Of a DNA stretch of 64,000 nucleotides, positions 36,282 through 44,976 are shown in pieces. Origin of the DNA: an uncultured Nitrospirales bacterium (GTDB lineage Bacteria > Hydrogenedentota > Hydrogenedentia > Hydrogenedentales > Hydrogenedentaceae); contig CAZJTZ010000014.1 of assembly GCA_964549105.1 (NCBI GenBank), positions 13,681 through 77,680 on the forward strand, written 5' to 3'. Positions within the stretch are counted from its first letter, which is position 1. Every line of letters starts with the position of its first letter. Under the pieces are notes generated by a model. The model saw nothing but the letters and a program-made list of their open reading frames with translations, did no database searches and had not been told where the DNA came from. A program made the position numbers and the translations under genes.

Positions 36282-37216
36282 TGTCGTTCTTCTTTATGTT
36301 GGGAACTTCATGTTTTCTGGGTATAGTATTAGGTGCGAATGATGGGGGAAATGTGTTCGGAGGTGCTGTTGCTACCCGATTTATTCGTTTCAGGACAGCG
36401 GGAATATTGACCTTTGTCTTTGTCGTAGTAGGCGCTATTCTTCAAGGAAGTAAAGGGATTGAGACTTTAAGTGGAATTACCCTACAGAACATAAACTCCT
36501 CTATTTTAGTAGGTCTTGTAGTATCAATTGTTGGTTTTAGTCTAATACTTTTGAGACAGCCTATAAGCCTTTCACAGGCAGTAGTTGGAGGTCTGATTGG
36601 ATTGGGTCTGGCTCAACGCCATGTTCAATGGCAAATACTGGGGAAGGTGTTTTTATGTTGGCTTCTTACACCAATAGGTGCAGGAATAGTAGCCATACTT
36701 TGCTATAAAATTCTATTGGCTATATTTTCAAGCATGAAAATAGGCATTTTAACACGCGAAACATTGATACGCAGAGGATTAATCTTTTCGGGAATTCTTG
36801 GTGCGTATGCTTTGGGTGCTAACAATGTTGCCAATACAGTGGGTATGTTTGCAGGAGCATGGGAAGGGTTGTCAAATATCGAGTTGGCTTTTTTAGGAGG
36901 TATTTCTATTGGGATAGGTGTTCTACTTTTTAGTAAACCTATAATGATGAATATAGGAGAGAGAATTGTTGTGTTAGATGGATTTTCTGCACTGGTTGCA
37001 GTTCTATCTTCGGGTATTACTGTTTATATCTTTTCCCTGGTGGGAGTCCCTGTAAGCATGACACAAGCAATTGTTGGGGCAATTGTAGGTATTGGTTTCC
37101 ATCATGGAGTTCATACGCTACATTTTAAGGTAATAAAAGATATACTTTTGTGCTGGCTTATTGCTCCTATCTTTTGCCTAATCCTTGTCTCCGCCGGCTA
37201 TGCAATTTTTATTTGA
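36278..37216 (+). CDS. inorganic phosphate transporter, PiT family
   Basis: 312 aa, polytopic. The duplicated PiT signature is present: GANDGGNVFGGAV and GANNVANTVGMF. Confidence 0.88.
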   Translation: MMSFFFMLGTSCFLGIVLGANDGGNVFGGAVATRFIRFRTAGILTFVFVVVGAILQGSKGIETLSGITLQNINSSILVGLVVSIVGFSLILLRQPISLSQAVVGGLIGLGLAQRHVQWQILGKVFLCWLLTPIGAGIVAILCYKILLAIFSSMKIGILTRETLIRRGLIFSGILGAYALGANNVANTVGMFAGAWEGLSNIELAFLGGISIGIGVLLFSKPIMMNIGERIVVLDGFSALVAVLSSGITVYIFSLVGVPVSMTQAIVGAIVGIGFHHGVHTLHFKVIKDILLCWLIAPIFCLILVSAGYAIFI

Positions 37217-37366
37217 ATTAAACAGAGATAAAGGAATGGGGAATATCGAGGTCAACTATAACTATAAGGTTAATGATAAAAAGTATAATTTATAATATAT
37301 TTTTTTAAATTATATTTTTTAAGATTTTTATGCTATAATTTATACAAATAGATTTGGAGGTTTATT

Positions 37367-37552
37367 ATGGATACACTTGGTATTAATTCTCAGATGAATT
37401 TAATGACTTCTCAAATCGGTACGGAATATCTTGCAAGGGTATTAGTTCTTCAGAAAAATGTTATGCAACAACAGGGGGATTCTGCCATAAAACTAATCCA
37501 GTCGGCTGTTCTCCCTTCTACGCAGGGACAAAATTTAGATGTAAAGGCTTAA
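37367..37552 (+). CDS. YjfB-like 'putative motility protein' family small protein
   Basis: 61 aa. ...YLARVLVLQKNVMQQQGDSAIKLIQSA....QGQNLDVKA matches the family pattern as I recall it (vsvlkkaldmqeqqa..ll.....hlGqniDi.a). GGAGG RBS 7 nt upstream. Confidence 0.6.
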   Translation: MDTLGINSQMNLMTSQIGTEYLARVLVLQKNVMQQQGDSAIKLIQSAVLPSTQGQNLDVKA

Positions 37553-37570
37553 ATTTAGTTTTTTATTCTT

Positions 37571-40500
37571 TTACCACTTCACATTTATTAAGACTTCTTC
37601 ACCTGTATTGACATTAATGGGAGAACGAGGAATAATTGTTATCAACTCATTATCGTAATAAGTATCATTGTTTATAATTCCTGCTTTCTCAGTGATGGGG
37701 GTAGTTTTATTATCTTTTACTATTGATAGAGTTAGTTGGTTAAATTTGTTTTTTTCTGCGGGGATACTAATCTTATTAATTTCTAATTTTCCATAATGAG
37801 GAGTGATGGATAATCTTGTGCCTCGTTTGTTTTGGTCTAATTCAAATATTCCCCATGAGGAAGCAGTTGTAAAGAAAAATTGACATGGATTGTTTTGTGT
37901 ATGGGGTGTTATTTTAATTGTGCCATTATCGTATTGAAATCCAGATGCGGCAAGAAGCATGGCATAAGCAGACATTGCACGGGCATAATGTCCACCACAT
38001 TCAATTTCACTCCACGGATTTTTGCGATTTCCCTGATATCTTGAACGGGCTCCATTGACAATTTCTATCGCTTTTTCCCAGTCTCTCTCATAAATGAAAA
38101 ATCCTGCTAATTCATATTCAATGCCTGTCCATATCTCATCAGAGTAAAGGATAGGGGATTCAGGTCGTCCACCTTTGGGCCAGGTGCACATTAAAAGTCC
38201 CGGCTCGTCGTCTTCTGCAAATCGGCGAGGTAATTGGACATGGTCATAAAAATTTTTTCGCCAATTGTATTGATAGATAGAATTTAATGTTGACTTAATG
38301 TAGGTTTCAGGAAACAAATAACCTATCCCTAAAATATGTGCCCACCATTGTCCAAGCAATTGGTCGGAATGACAACCTGTGCCGTAGCAATTCATTTGAT
38401 TGTATACTTCCGGTCCTACCCCTGGGGCATCAAAAACATTGATAAAGTATTCACCATTCCAGCATGTTTCGATATACTTGTTTATCCCGGATTCATATCG
38501 TCGTTGACATTCTATAATCAAATTGGGGTCAGGTGAACCTAACTCCTTTAACATGGTTTCCATAGCCTTTAAGGTAGCAAGGTATAATGAGCCTATAAAT
38601 GTGTTCGACCCGTAAATATGAGTGTCGTAGGTATTAGGCTGTTCTCCTCTTATAATCCCTTCGCCTGCTGGGTCATGCTTTTCCAAAACATGCTGAAACA
38701 CCTTTACAGCATTATGCCAGATAGGCTCAATCCATTTTCTATCATTAGACATTTTGTAATCACGATAAAGTTTGAGAAGTGTTCCCAATTCTCCATCTAA
38801 GGCATGATGTTGGGGTCCGCCAATTTCATCTTTCAATTGTGCCTCTGTTACGGGAACAACAAGCCGATGGGGAATATAGGAATCGGTTTTATCTACCTGG
38901 TAAAACAATTCCTGGTATCGTATCCTTTGCTCTAATCTGGGAAATAGATAGGGGAGAGTTTGAGCATAGTTATATACATGAGTGCAATTCATGGGACAGC
39001 AATTATCCGTTCCTTCAAATCCACCTACCGTCCCATCTTCCAGATAGATATAAATGGGGGTGTGCAAGGTGGCAATATTTGCAGAGATGGCTTCCAACAT
39101 TACAGGCGGAAGGGTAGAGGTAAAGAAATCTTTATGAAATTGGGCTGTCTGTGCTAACAAATAAGGGTAATTGTTTATACAATAATCTGTAACCTCCATC
39201 GCACTATGGAAGTAATTATTGTAATAGTTTCCTAAACGGTAGTCGTATTTAAGTTGGGGCAATGTCCAGAAATACTGATTTCCACGGGTGCGATTGGGAA
39301 AATACCATGTAAGGATAAAAAAAACTTCCTCTTCCTCTCCCGGCAATAGTTCAAAAGGATAAGCAATACTTCCATTCCAGGTATAGCCAGCACTACTTGG
39401 ATGGGTATCTTCTGGCTCAGGTAAAGCACCATTTTTGGAAAAATGTTGCCAGAAATAATTGAAATCCCTCCATTGGGCGCAAGTCATCGGTTCTTGATCC
39501 TTGTTCGATTTGATGGAAAATGCCATGTTTCCCCATAGTGGATGTTCCGAGTCAAGCCCTTTGTAATAAGCATAAGGAACATTCGAAACCATGTTAATCA
39601 AAGTAGCAGTCCAATTCCTCTTGTATTCTGCTGGAACCCAGTCTGTTACTTTCCCATTACACCATATTACGGAACCTTTACCTATATCTTTTTTGACGAG
39701 TAGAGGTATTCCTGAACTTGTTTCAAGTAATATATTGATGTGTTTACCTTTAATTTTGGATTTAGGTTTAAAAATTCTATTTCCACTTAATTTAATATCT
39801 TTCAAATTTGCTGAAATTGTTTCTGCATTTACTTCAAAAATTTCATCAACCCAACCTCCCTGTTTTGAGGCAATAGGTAGCCATTCCAACAATGTTTTGT
39901 AGGATTTTTTGTCTATAGGATAATCGCAAGAGAAAATAATCTCATCAACCAAAATATGTCCCCACCCATCAGAAGCGTTATCAACAATCTCAATATGTGC
40001 TTTTTTACCTATATATTCAGACACATTCCATATCACCTTTTTTAATATTTCAGTATCCGAGCCCGTAGCAGAAAAAACTTTTATCCCATCCACAACAAGA
40101 GCAACATATAAATTATCAGGTTTTTTGCCACCCCCAACACGAAATTGAATGAACGGATATTGAATTGTAAATTCTTTTGATATTGCCATTCCTGTCTTTT
40201 TGTCATCATTGTTATAAGTGTTAACAAGATGTTTTCCTTCATAACCGATAATATCCGTCTGTGTATCAAATTTACCCTCTGTGGGTTTATCTCCAAATGC
40301 TTCGCCTGTTATTGTCCATTGATTGTATCTAGCACCTTCAAAATTATCAAAAACAAAATCTTTCTTCCTGTTTCTCTTTGCCTTATGTATACAAAATGCC
40401 CAATCGAAAATAGATTGTCTATCGCCGCTAACAATAAGACAAGCCCCATTTTCTATGTCCTCGTCAAGTTTTTGGATTGCTTCTGATGATAAAATTTTAT

Positions 40501-41395
40501 CCGAAGGTCCCAGCCAATAAACATTGGGAACACTTTCATCAAGTTCATTTTTCGTGTTTATATTCTCTGAAAAGTTTATATTAATATTGGGCAGGTAGCG
40601 AACAGGATAGGCACAGTCATAAAAATTAGTATATAGATTAACCTGCCTTGAAAATCCTTCTTTTCCTGTGGAGACAACCCCCATTTCGATATGAGTAAAA
40701 TCCGACTCTTTTTTTACCAGGTTAGTATTGTTATTCAATTCCGGATGGGACAGAGCAAATATATCCTTTCCATCTATCGTATGATTTGAACTCATCAATT
40801 CGCCATACCCATCCCAACCAATAATATTAGGCATAGTCCCTGCCAGAATACCCTTAATGGCTTTTGTGTCTGTGTTTTTTAGTTTGAAAGTGAAAAATAT
40901 AGCAGGCAGAGCAGAATTCTTTTCATCCATTGGCACAAATGGTGAAAAACATTCCATAGAGAGTTTAAGCGAAGGTGTAAAATCTTCAAAAGATAATTCC
41001 GCAAAAGGAAATTCGCCCGCGAATTTGATTTTGTTTACTCCTTCGCCCGGAAGTGGAGGATTCATTTGCAGTATGCGTGCTTTTGATTGTTCCCCATTAT
41101 CAACGAATATAGAAAAGAAAGCATCCGATACATTTGCATTTGAATTAAAATTATTAATAATTTCCCATGGACTTAACTTCCCATTGCCACGGACATATAT
41201 CTGACCTGCTCCCAGTCCACCTAATGGAAAGGCTATCTCTTTCAAATATTCATCTGTATATACTTTATTAATTACATACCGCTCTTCATTTTCTAATTTG
41301 TAGTCTTCAGAATATAAGTTTGTGCAATTCAGTAAAAAGATAAAAACTGAAAATACAAAAGACATAAACCTACCTACCCACTTACTCATAAACAT
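37571..41395 (-). CDS. GH116-family beta-glucosidase/glucosylceramidase-like hydrolase with a large internal insertion
   Basis: 1274 aa with a signal peptide. GH116 N-domain start: FPLGGLGAGQIYVRGNGKLSPWEIINNF. Catalytic-domain hallmarks: GGFEGTDNCCPMNCTHVYNYAQ, RGEQPNTYDTHIYGSNTFIGSLYLATL (nucleophile Glu region), GCHSDQLLGQWW (acid/base Asp region). About 400 extra residues (aa ~200-620) split the N-domain. Confidence 0.8.
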   Translation of the reverse strand: MFMSKWVGRFMSFVFSVFIFLLNCTNLYSEDYKLENEERYVINKVYTDEYLKEIAFPLGGLGAGQIYVRGNGKLSPWEIINNFNSNANVSDAFFSIFVDNGEQSKARILQMNPPLPGEGVNKIKFAGEFPFAELSFEDFTPSLKLSMECFSPFVPMDEKNSALPAIFFTFKLKNTDTKAIKGILAGTMPNIIGWDGYGELMSSNHTIDGKDIFALSHPELNNNTNLVKKESDFTHIEMGVVSTGKEGFSRQVNLYTNFYDCAYPVRYLPNININFSENINTKNELDESVPNVYWLGPSDKILSSEAIQKLDEDIENGACLIVSGDRQSIFDWAFCIHKAKRNRKKDFVFDNFEGARYNQWTITGEAFGDKPTEGKFDTQTDIIGYEGKHLVNTYNNDDKKTGMAISKEFTIQYPFIQFRVGGGKKPDNLYVALVVDGIKVFSATGSDTEILKKVIWNVSEYIGKKAHIEIVDNASDGWGHILVDEIIFSCDYPIDKKSYKTLLEWLPIASKQGGWVDEIFEVNAETISANLKDIKLSGNRIFKPKSKIKGKHINILLETSSGIPLLVKKDIGKGSVIWCNGKVTDWVPAEYKRNWTATLINMVSNVPYAYYKGLDSEHPLWGNMAFSIKSNKDQEPMTCAQWRDFNYFWQHFSKNGALPEPEDTHPSSAGYTWNGSIAYPFELLPGEEEEVFFILTWYFPNRTRGNQYFWTLPQLKYDYRLGNYYNNYFHSAMEVTDYCINNYPYLLAQTAQFHKDFFTSTLPPVMLEAISANIATLHTPIYIYLEDGTVGGFEGTDNCCPMNCTHVYNYAQTLPYLFPRLEQRIRYQELFYQVDKTDSYIPHRLVVPVTEAQLKDEIGGPQHHALDGELGTLLKLYRDYKMSNDRKWIEPIWHNAVKVFQHVLEKHDPAGEGIIRGEQPNTYDTHIYGSNTFIGSLYLATLKAMETMLKELGSPDPNLIIECQRRYESGINKYIETCWNGEYFINVFDAPGVGPEVYNQMNCYGTGCHSDQLLGQWWAHILGIGYLFPETYIKSTLNSIYQYNWRKNFYDHVQLPRRFAEDDEPGLLMCTWPKGGRPESPILYSDEIWTGIEYELAGFFIYERDWEKAIEIVNGARSRYQGNRKNPWSEIECGGHYARAMSAYAMLLAASGFQYDNGTIKITPHTQNNPCQFFFTTASSWGIFELDQNKRGTRLSITPHYGKLEINKISIPAEKNKFNQLTLSIVKDNKTTPITEKAGIINNDTYYDNELITIIPRSPINVNTGEEVLINVKW

Positions 41396-41471
41396 CCACT
41401 ACCTTTCCCTTTAACTTTTGTGTTTAAACAGATTTTATAAAGAGACACTCTTTTTAATATTGTGGAGGAGA

Positions 41472-41717
41472 TTATGCCTGTGCCTGTTCTTCCGCTTTTG
41501 CCTTCGCTACAAGGTCCTCTAATACCTGGAGGAGCACTTCCGTTTCTATTCCATAAGCCATACATACTTGTTCAATAGTCTCAAAACGGCTGATACCACA
41601 ATGAGCACAACCTCCAAGATGAAAAGCAGCAAAAACCTCTGCTACACGAGGATGAATTGCCATGGCTTCAGCAACGGGCATATCTGCATAAAAAATTTTA
41701 CTTTCGTTCTCAGACAT
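41472..41717 (-). CDS. DUF1858-type small redox/disulfide domain protein (hybrid-cluster-protein-associated family)
   Basis: Track ORF 41472..41732. I prefer ATG 41717 (MSENESKIF), which is preceded by AAGGA. ...MPVAEAMAIHPRVAEVFAAFHLGGCAHCGISRFETIEQVCMAYGI... carries the family CxxC in context. Confidence 0.65.
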   Translation of the reverse strand: MSENESKIFYADMPVAEAMAIHPRVAEVFAAFHLGGCAHCGISRFETIEQVCMAYGIETEVLLQVLEDLVAKAKAEEQAQA

Positions 41718-41852
41718 TTTATATCCTTTCATTCATTTTAGATTTAAAAAATATTATAACAAACTATATATAAAACATCCCAGAAAATAATAATATTTCA
41801 CCTCGCACCTACGCAAAAACATAACGAAATGAAAGAGTCCTATAACCATTAT

Positions 41853-42620
41853 TCAGATGTTCAGTAAGAGTATTACTAAACCAAGTTCTATGAAGAGATG
41901 GCAGAGAAAAGCCATAAGGTTGTTCTTTTTGCGGAGAGTCCATAAACAGGCAAATAAAGAAAATATAGACATTCCCAGCATTTCTAAGAATGGCTTGGGA
42001 ATATGGTAAGCAGTCTCTACAATGGGGACAAGGAACCATGTATATTTTTTGTGCAGTCTACGGCATGCTCGCAATAGAAGATGCCGATTCAAAAATTCCC
42101 AGCCCGGTAGCCATGAGATAATCCAGAGAATTTGTTGAAAGAAGATAATAACCTTCTGTTTGGAAGGTAATTCTTTTAAGCTAGAGTAGTAGGAACTAAG
42201 AGTAGGGGAAAGGATAACAAAAATTAACGATGATACACACAATAAGGTTAATACTAAAAGTATAAAAAAATCCTTCTTTTCCCATGACTTGAATGAAAAC
42301 CAATAGAAATCAACGGCTTTATTGAAAATAATGATTGGAAGGATTAGCCACAAAAAAAATTTTCTAAGGTCAAATTCAATGAAGAGAAATGAGAACAAGG
42401 AATTTTTAAATACTGGAATTTTATTAAGAAGATGGGAAAGGTCAATATTGAAAATTCCCCAGTTAAAAATAAAGTGAATATCAAATGTTGCCAACAGGTC
42501 AATAATAAAAACTGCAATAGTGTATATAATAATAAGAACAGCCAGAGATGCGGGGAAATCCGCTTTACTTGTATTGTTATTTGTAGTTTTACAGTTGTTT
42601 TTATCTTTATTTGGTTTCAT
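41853..42620 (-). CDS. polytopic membrane protein, possible CPBP (CAAX-protease-like) family
   Basis: 255 aa with 6-7 helices. Degenerate CPBP-like motifs: GWEFLNRHLL (EExxxR-like), ETAYHIPK, FLCHLFIE. The ATG follows the nth stop with no gap. Confidence 0.4.
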   Translation of the reverse strand: MKPNKDKNNCKTTNNNTSKADFPASLAVLIIIYTIAVFIIDLLATFDIHFIFNWGIFNIDLSHLLNKIPVFKNSLFSFLFIEFDLRKFFLWLILPIIIFNKAVDFYWFSFKSWEKKDFFILLVLTLLCVSSLIFVILSPTLSSYYSSLKELPSKQKVIIFFQQILWIISWLPGWEFLNRHLLLRACRRLHKKYTWFLVPIVETAYHIPKPFLEMLGMSIFSLFACLWTLRKKNNLMAFLCHLFIELGLVILLLNI

Positions 42621-43283
42621 TTATTCATTTTTGTTTGATTTGTAAAAATCACACCACTTGTTTATAACGCACTCATTACATCTGGGTTTTCGAGCAAGAC
42701 AAATGTTTCGTCCATGAAAGACAAAGAGATGTGAAAAGAATGTCCATTTCTCGGGAGGTAAAAGTTTTTCTAAATCCTTTTCAATTTTTTGCGGGTCATT
42801 GGCGTTGCTCAATCCCAGTCGTTGTGCTAACCTACTGCAATGTGTGTCCACAATAATTCCCGGTGTCTTAAAGCATTCACCAAGAATAACATTTGCGGTC
42901 TTCCTGCCTACGCCGGGTAGTAGTAGAAGGTTCTCCATTTTGTCAGGAACTTCCCCATTAAAGTTTTTGACCAACATTCTACATGTTTCAATAATATGTT
43001 TTGCCTTGTTTCTGTAAAATCCGACGGGTTTAATCAGGGCTTCTAACTTTTTTTGTCCTATATCAATAAAATCCTGTGGAGATTTCAATTTTTGGAATAG
43101 GGTCTTACTTACTTGATTTACTCGTTCATCCGTGCACTGTGAAGCAAGAATAGTCATGAGAAGTAATTCAAAGGGAGAACGATAGTTTAATGTACAGTGA
43201 GCCTCTGGATAAATTTTATTCAAATGCTCATAGATTTTTTTTGCTTTATCTTTGAGTTGTTTTATTTCTTTTGTCTTATCCAA
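42621..43283 (-). CDS. nth: endonuclease III (DNA glycosylase/AP lyase)
   Basis: 220 aa. HhH-GPD motif LLLPGVGRKTANVILGE, catalytic region IVDTHCSRL, and the C-terminal 4Fe-4S ligand pattern CLARKPRCNECVINKWC. Confidence 0.92.
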   Translation of the reverse strand: MDKTKEIKQLKDKAKKIYEHLNKIYPEAHCTLNYRSPFELLLMTILASQCTDERVNQVSKTLFQKLKSPQDFIDIGQKKLEALIKPVGFYRNKAKHIIETCRMLVKNFNGEVPDKMENLLLLPGVGRKTANVILGECFKTPGIIVDTHCSRLAQRLGLSNANDPQKIEKDLEKLLPPEKWTFFSHLFVFHGRNICLARKPRCNECVINKWCDFYKSNKNE

Positions 43284-44971
43284 TTCTTAAATTCTTCTAC
43301 ATTTTTGGTGTTGAGAACATCATCAGGAGTTAAAACTCCTTTCCGTGCTATATAGACGCCAAATTTTGAATCATCTATGCCTTCTATTTCATGGGCATCT
43401 ACAGAGATAACTAATTTTATATTTTTTCCATGAGTTTTATAAATATTTCTCCAATCCAAATCGAATCTCATAGGATTGGCATTGATTTCAATACTTACAT
43501 TGCTTTGTTCACAAGCGTTCAGGATAGCCTCCATGTCCAATGGGTATCCTTTTCGACTAAGAAGAAGCCTTCCACTGAGATGCCCTAATATATGCAAATA
43601 AGGATTTTCAATCGCTTTGAGCAATCGTTGTGTTGCTGTTTTTATGTCCATATCAAGTTTTGTATGGACAGAACCGACTACCACATCAAAAGTAGCCAGA
43701 ATTTCATTTGGATAGTCTAAACTTCCATCTGACTTAATATCGCACTCAATCCCTTTCAGGATTTGGAAAGGGGCATAAACTTTATTGAGTTGGTCTATTT
43801 CAGCATGCTGTTTAATTATGTCTTGTGGTGTTAACCCATTTGCATAGCCAGCAGATTGACTATGGTCACAGATTACAAGATATTCAAATCCTTTTTTTAT
43901 ACAATATTCTGCCAATTCAGAAATGGAATTTCGACCATCACTATAATAGGTATGACAATGAACCACACCTTTAATATCATTATTGGTTATAAGTTTTTCT
44001 GCCTGCTTATATACAAATTCCATATCATCATAAATATTTCGCAATTCAGGTGGTAAGTAAGTTATACCTGTTTGAATGAAAAAATCTTCTTCTGTTTCCG
44101 TTATAACTTTATTCCCATTTTTACTAAATAATCCCTCATGGGAAAAAGAAAAACTTTTTTTTGAACACTGGTCTTTCACCTTATCAATATATTCCTTTGA
44201 ACCTGTATAAAAGACTGTTTTTGTCCCCAAATCTTTTTTGTCTGCAAAATGAATAAGGATGGGAATATTGAAAAAATTAATTATTAAAGGAGAATCTGAC
44301 TTTACTTCTATTTTATCTGGAAAAAATTTAGTTAAATTTTGTGTTATTTGTTCAGGGGTATCTGTTAAAAAAAGTAGATTGATATTTCTTATTGTTTCTT
44401 CATATCTTCTTATACTTCCGACGACAAACACTTTTTCAGGACTAATGATATTCTTTAGTTCCTCAAGAAACTTATTTATTGCATTAAATCCATCGGACAA
44501 TAGAAACTGTCCTCGCCATTGGTTTAATAACTCAATACTCTCAATAATTTTATTTTCCAACTTCTTATTAAAACCGGGTTGAGTTGATACCTTACCCTCA
44601 ATACAAGCCCGATACAATTCATCAAGATTGGTTATGTGGAGGTTATCGAATAGACTCTTTATCCGTTTTGCTCCCAGAGATTGGACGGCAAACAATTCTA
44701 ATAGGGTTGATGGATACTTACTTTTGACCTTTTCAAGTGTGGGCACAGGTTCATCATGATACCATGATATAATCTTCTTTTCAATTGCTTCCCCAACCCC
44801 TTCCATGTTTCGTAATTGTCCAGTCTCAATAAGATGTTCTATGGACTCAGTAGTATGTTCCAGAGTATCTGCTGCTTTTAAGTAAGAGCGTATTTTGAAA
44901 GGATTTTCCCCATCTATATCAAGATATCGAGCAAGTTCTCTTAGAGAATGTATGATAGACTCTTTATCCAT
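43262..44971 (-). CDS. family X DNA polymerase with C-terminal PHP phosphoesterase domain (PolX)
   Basis: 569 aa. N-terminal HhH region (ENPFKIRSYLKAADTLE, MEGVGEAIEKKI), nucleotidyltransferase core (VVGSIRR), and PHP motifs (VVHCHTYYSDG, VICDHS, GSVH, LGHL, ISVDAH). Overlaps nth by 22 nt. Confidence 0.88.
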   Translation of the reverse strand: MDKESIIHSLRELARYLDIDGENPFKIRSYLKAADTLEHTTESIEHLIETGQLRNMEGVGEAIEKKIISWYHDEPVPTLEKVKSKYPSTLLELFAVQSLGAKRIKSLFDNLHITNLDELYRACIEGKVSTQPGFNKKLENKIIESIELLNQWRGQFLLSDGFNAINKFLEELKNIISPEKVFVVGSIRRYEETIRNINLLFLTDTPEQITQNLTKFFPDKIEVKSDSPLIINFFNIPILIHFADKKDLGTKTVFYTGSKEYIDKVKDQCSKKSFSFSHEGLFSKNGNKVITETEEDFFIQTGITYLPPELRNIYDDMEFVYKQAEKLITNNDIKGVVHCHTYYSDGRNSISELAEYCIKKGFEYLVICDHSQSAGYANGLTPQDIIKQHAEIDQLNKVYAPFQILKGIECDIKSDGSLDYPNEILATFDVVVGSVHTKLDMDIKTATQRLLKAIENPYLHILGHLSGRLLLSRKGYPLDMEAILNACEQSNVSIEINANPMRFDLDWRNIYKTHGKNIKLVISVDAHEIEGIDDSKFGVYIARKGVLTPDDVLNTKNVEEFKNWIRQKK

Positions 44972-44976
44972 AATCC

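Noticed and set aside
41809-42039. 76-aa minus-strand ORF overlapping the 3' part of the CPBP-like membrane protein gene
   Set aside because: It is an alternative frame of the same strand, overlapping a longer ORF that is translationally coupled to nth. It has no motif support.
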